A DNA stretch of 62,416 bases from NCBI GenBank assembly GCA_023473585.1, contig JAMCYU010000008.1:1-62416 (forward strand). Direction: 5' to 3'. Made by a program: the position numbers and the translations under genes. The notes beneath the pieces are model-generated. The model ran no database searches, was not told the origin of the DNA, and saw only the letters and a program-made list of their open reading frames with translations. The DNA comes from Patescibacteria group bacterium. GTDB lineage: Bacteria; Patescibacteriota; Microgenomatia; JAMCYU01. Positions 62,387 through 62,416 of this stretch are shown here, piece by piece; position 1 is the stretch's first letter, and each line of letters opens with the position of its first letter.

Positions 62387-62416
62387 GAATTTTAAGTATA
62401 AAAGAAATATCCAAGG

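Overview
This is a compact, AT-rich bacterial window with almost no non-coding DNA. Housekeeping genes are present: topA, dprA, an mreB/PAP2-like/mreC/mreD/mrdA block, def-fmt, rpmB, GTP cyclohydrolase II, tRNA-Thr and tRNA-Tyr, and an AmmeMemoRadiSam-type trio. They are mixed with many small hypothetical ORFs, a four-helix-bundle (23S-IVS/Avd-like) gene and toxin-antitoxin pairs (HEPN/MNT, AbiEii). From this gene content I infer a reduced Patescibacteria/CPR-like genome. That is an inference, not a database result. No rRNA genes, CRISPR arrays, transposases or integrases were seen.

Three accessory regions stand out:
1. 2.9-6.3 kb: a tandem array of four immunity-like paralogs. Each is preceded by a decayed copy of the 3' end of a small nuclease-like toxin gene, and a frameshifted gene lies next to the array.
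2. 12.5-19.0 kb: a family of four small proteins with a conserved promoter and leader, plus a YcaO / SagB-type dehydrogenase / 2x GNAT operon and an AbiE-like pair. These lie between three copies of the last codons of mrdA, which look like att-site scars.
3. 35.4-60.6 kb: a block of 15 minus-strand genes for envelope or glycan biogenesis, mostly overlapping. It has 2 B12-radical SAM enzymes, 1 SPASM radical SAM, 2 methyltransferases, a HAD hydrolase, a GT2, three giant GT-C/YfhO-like paralogs, an exosortase/archaeosortase-like protein and a polytopic spermidine-synthase-like fusion. It is headed by a 1463-aa fusion of two HTH domains, a processive GT2 and a giant ectodomain.

Additional observations from reading the sequence:
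- A secreted Cys-rich ORF runs off the window start and is missing from the ORF track.
- A ~160-nt rod-like ncRNA candidate lies upstream of the tRNAs.
- An unlisted 43-aa secreted peptide gene lies inside the glycan block.
- Heptanucleotide-periodic repeat blocks occur in frame inside unrelated genes.

All functional calls rest on motif recognition by eye. No searches were run.
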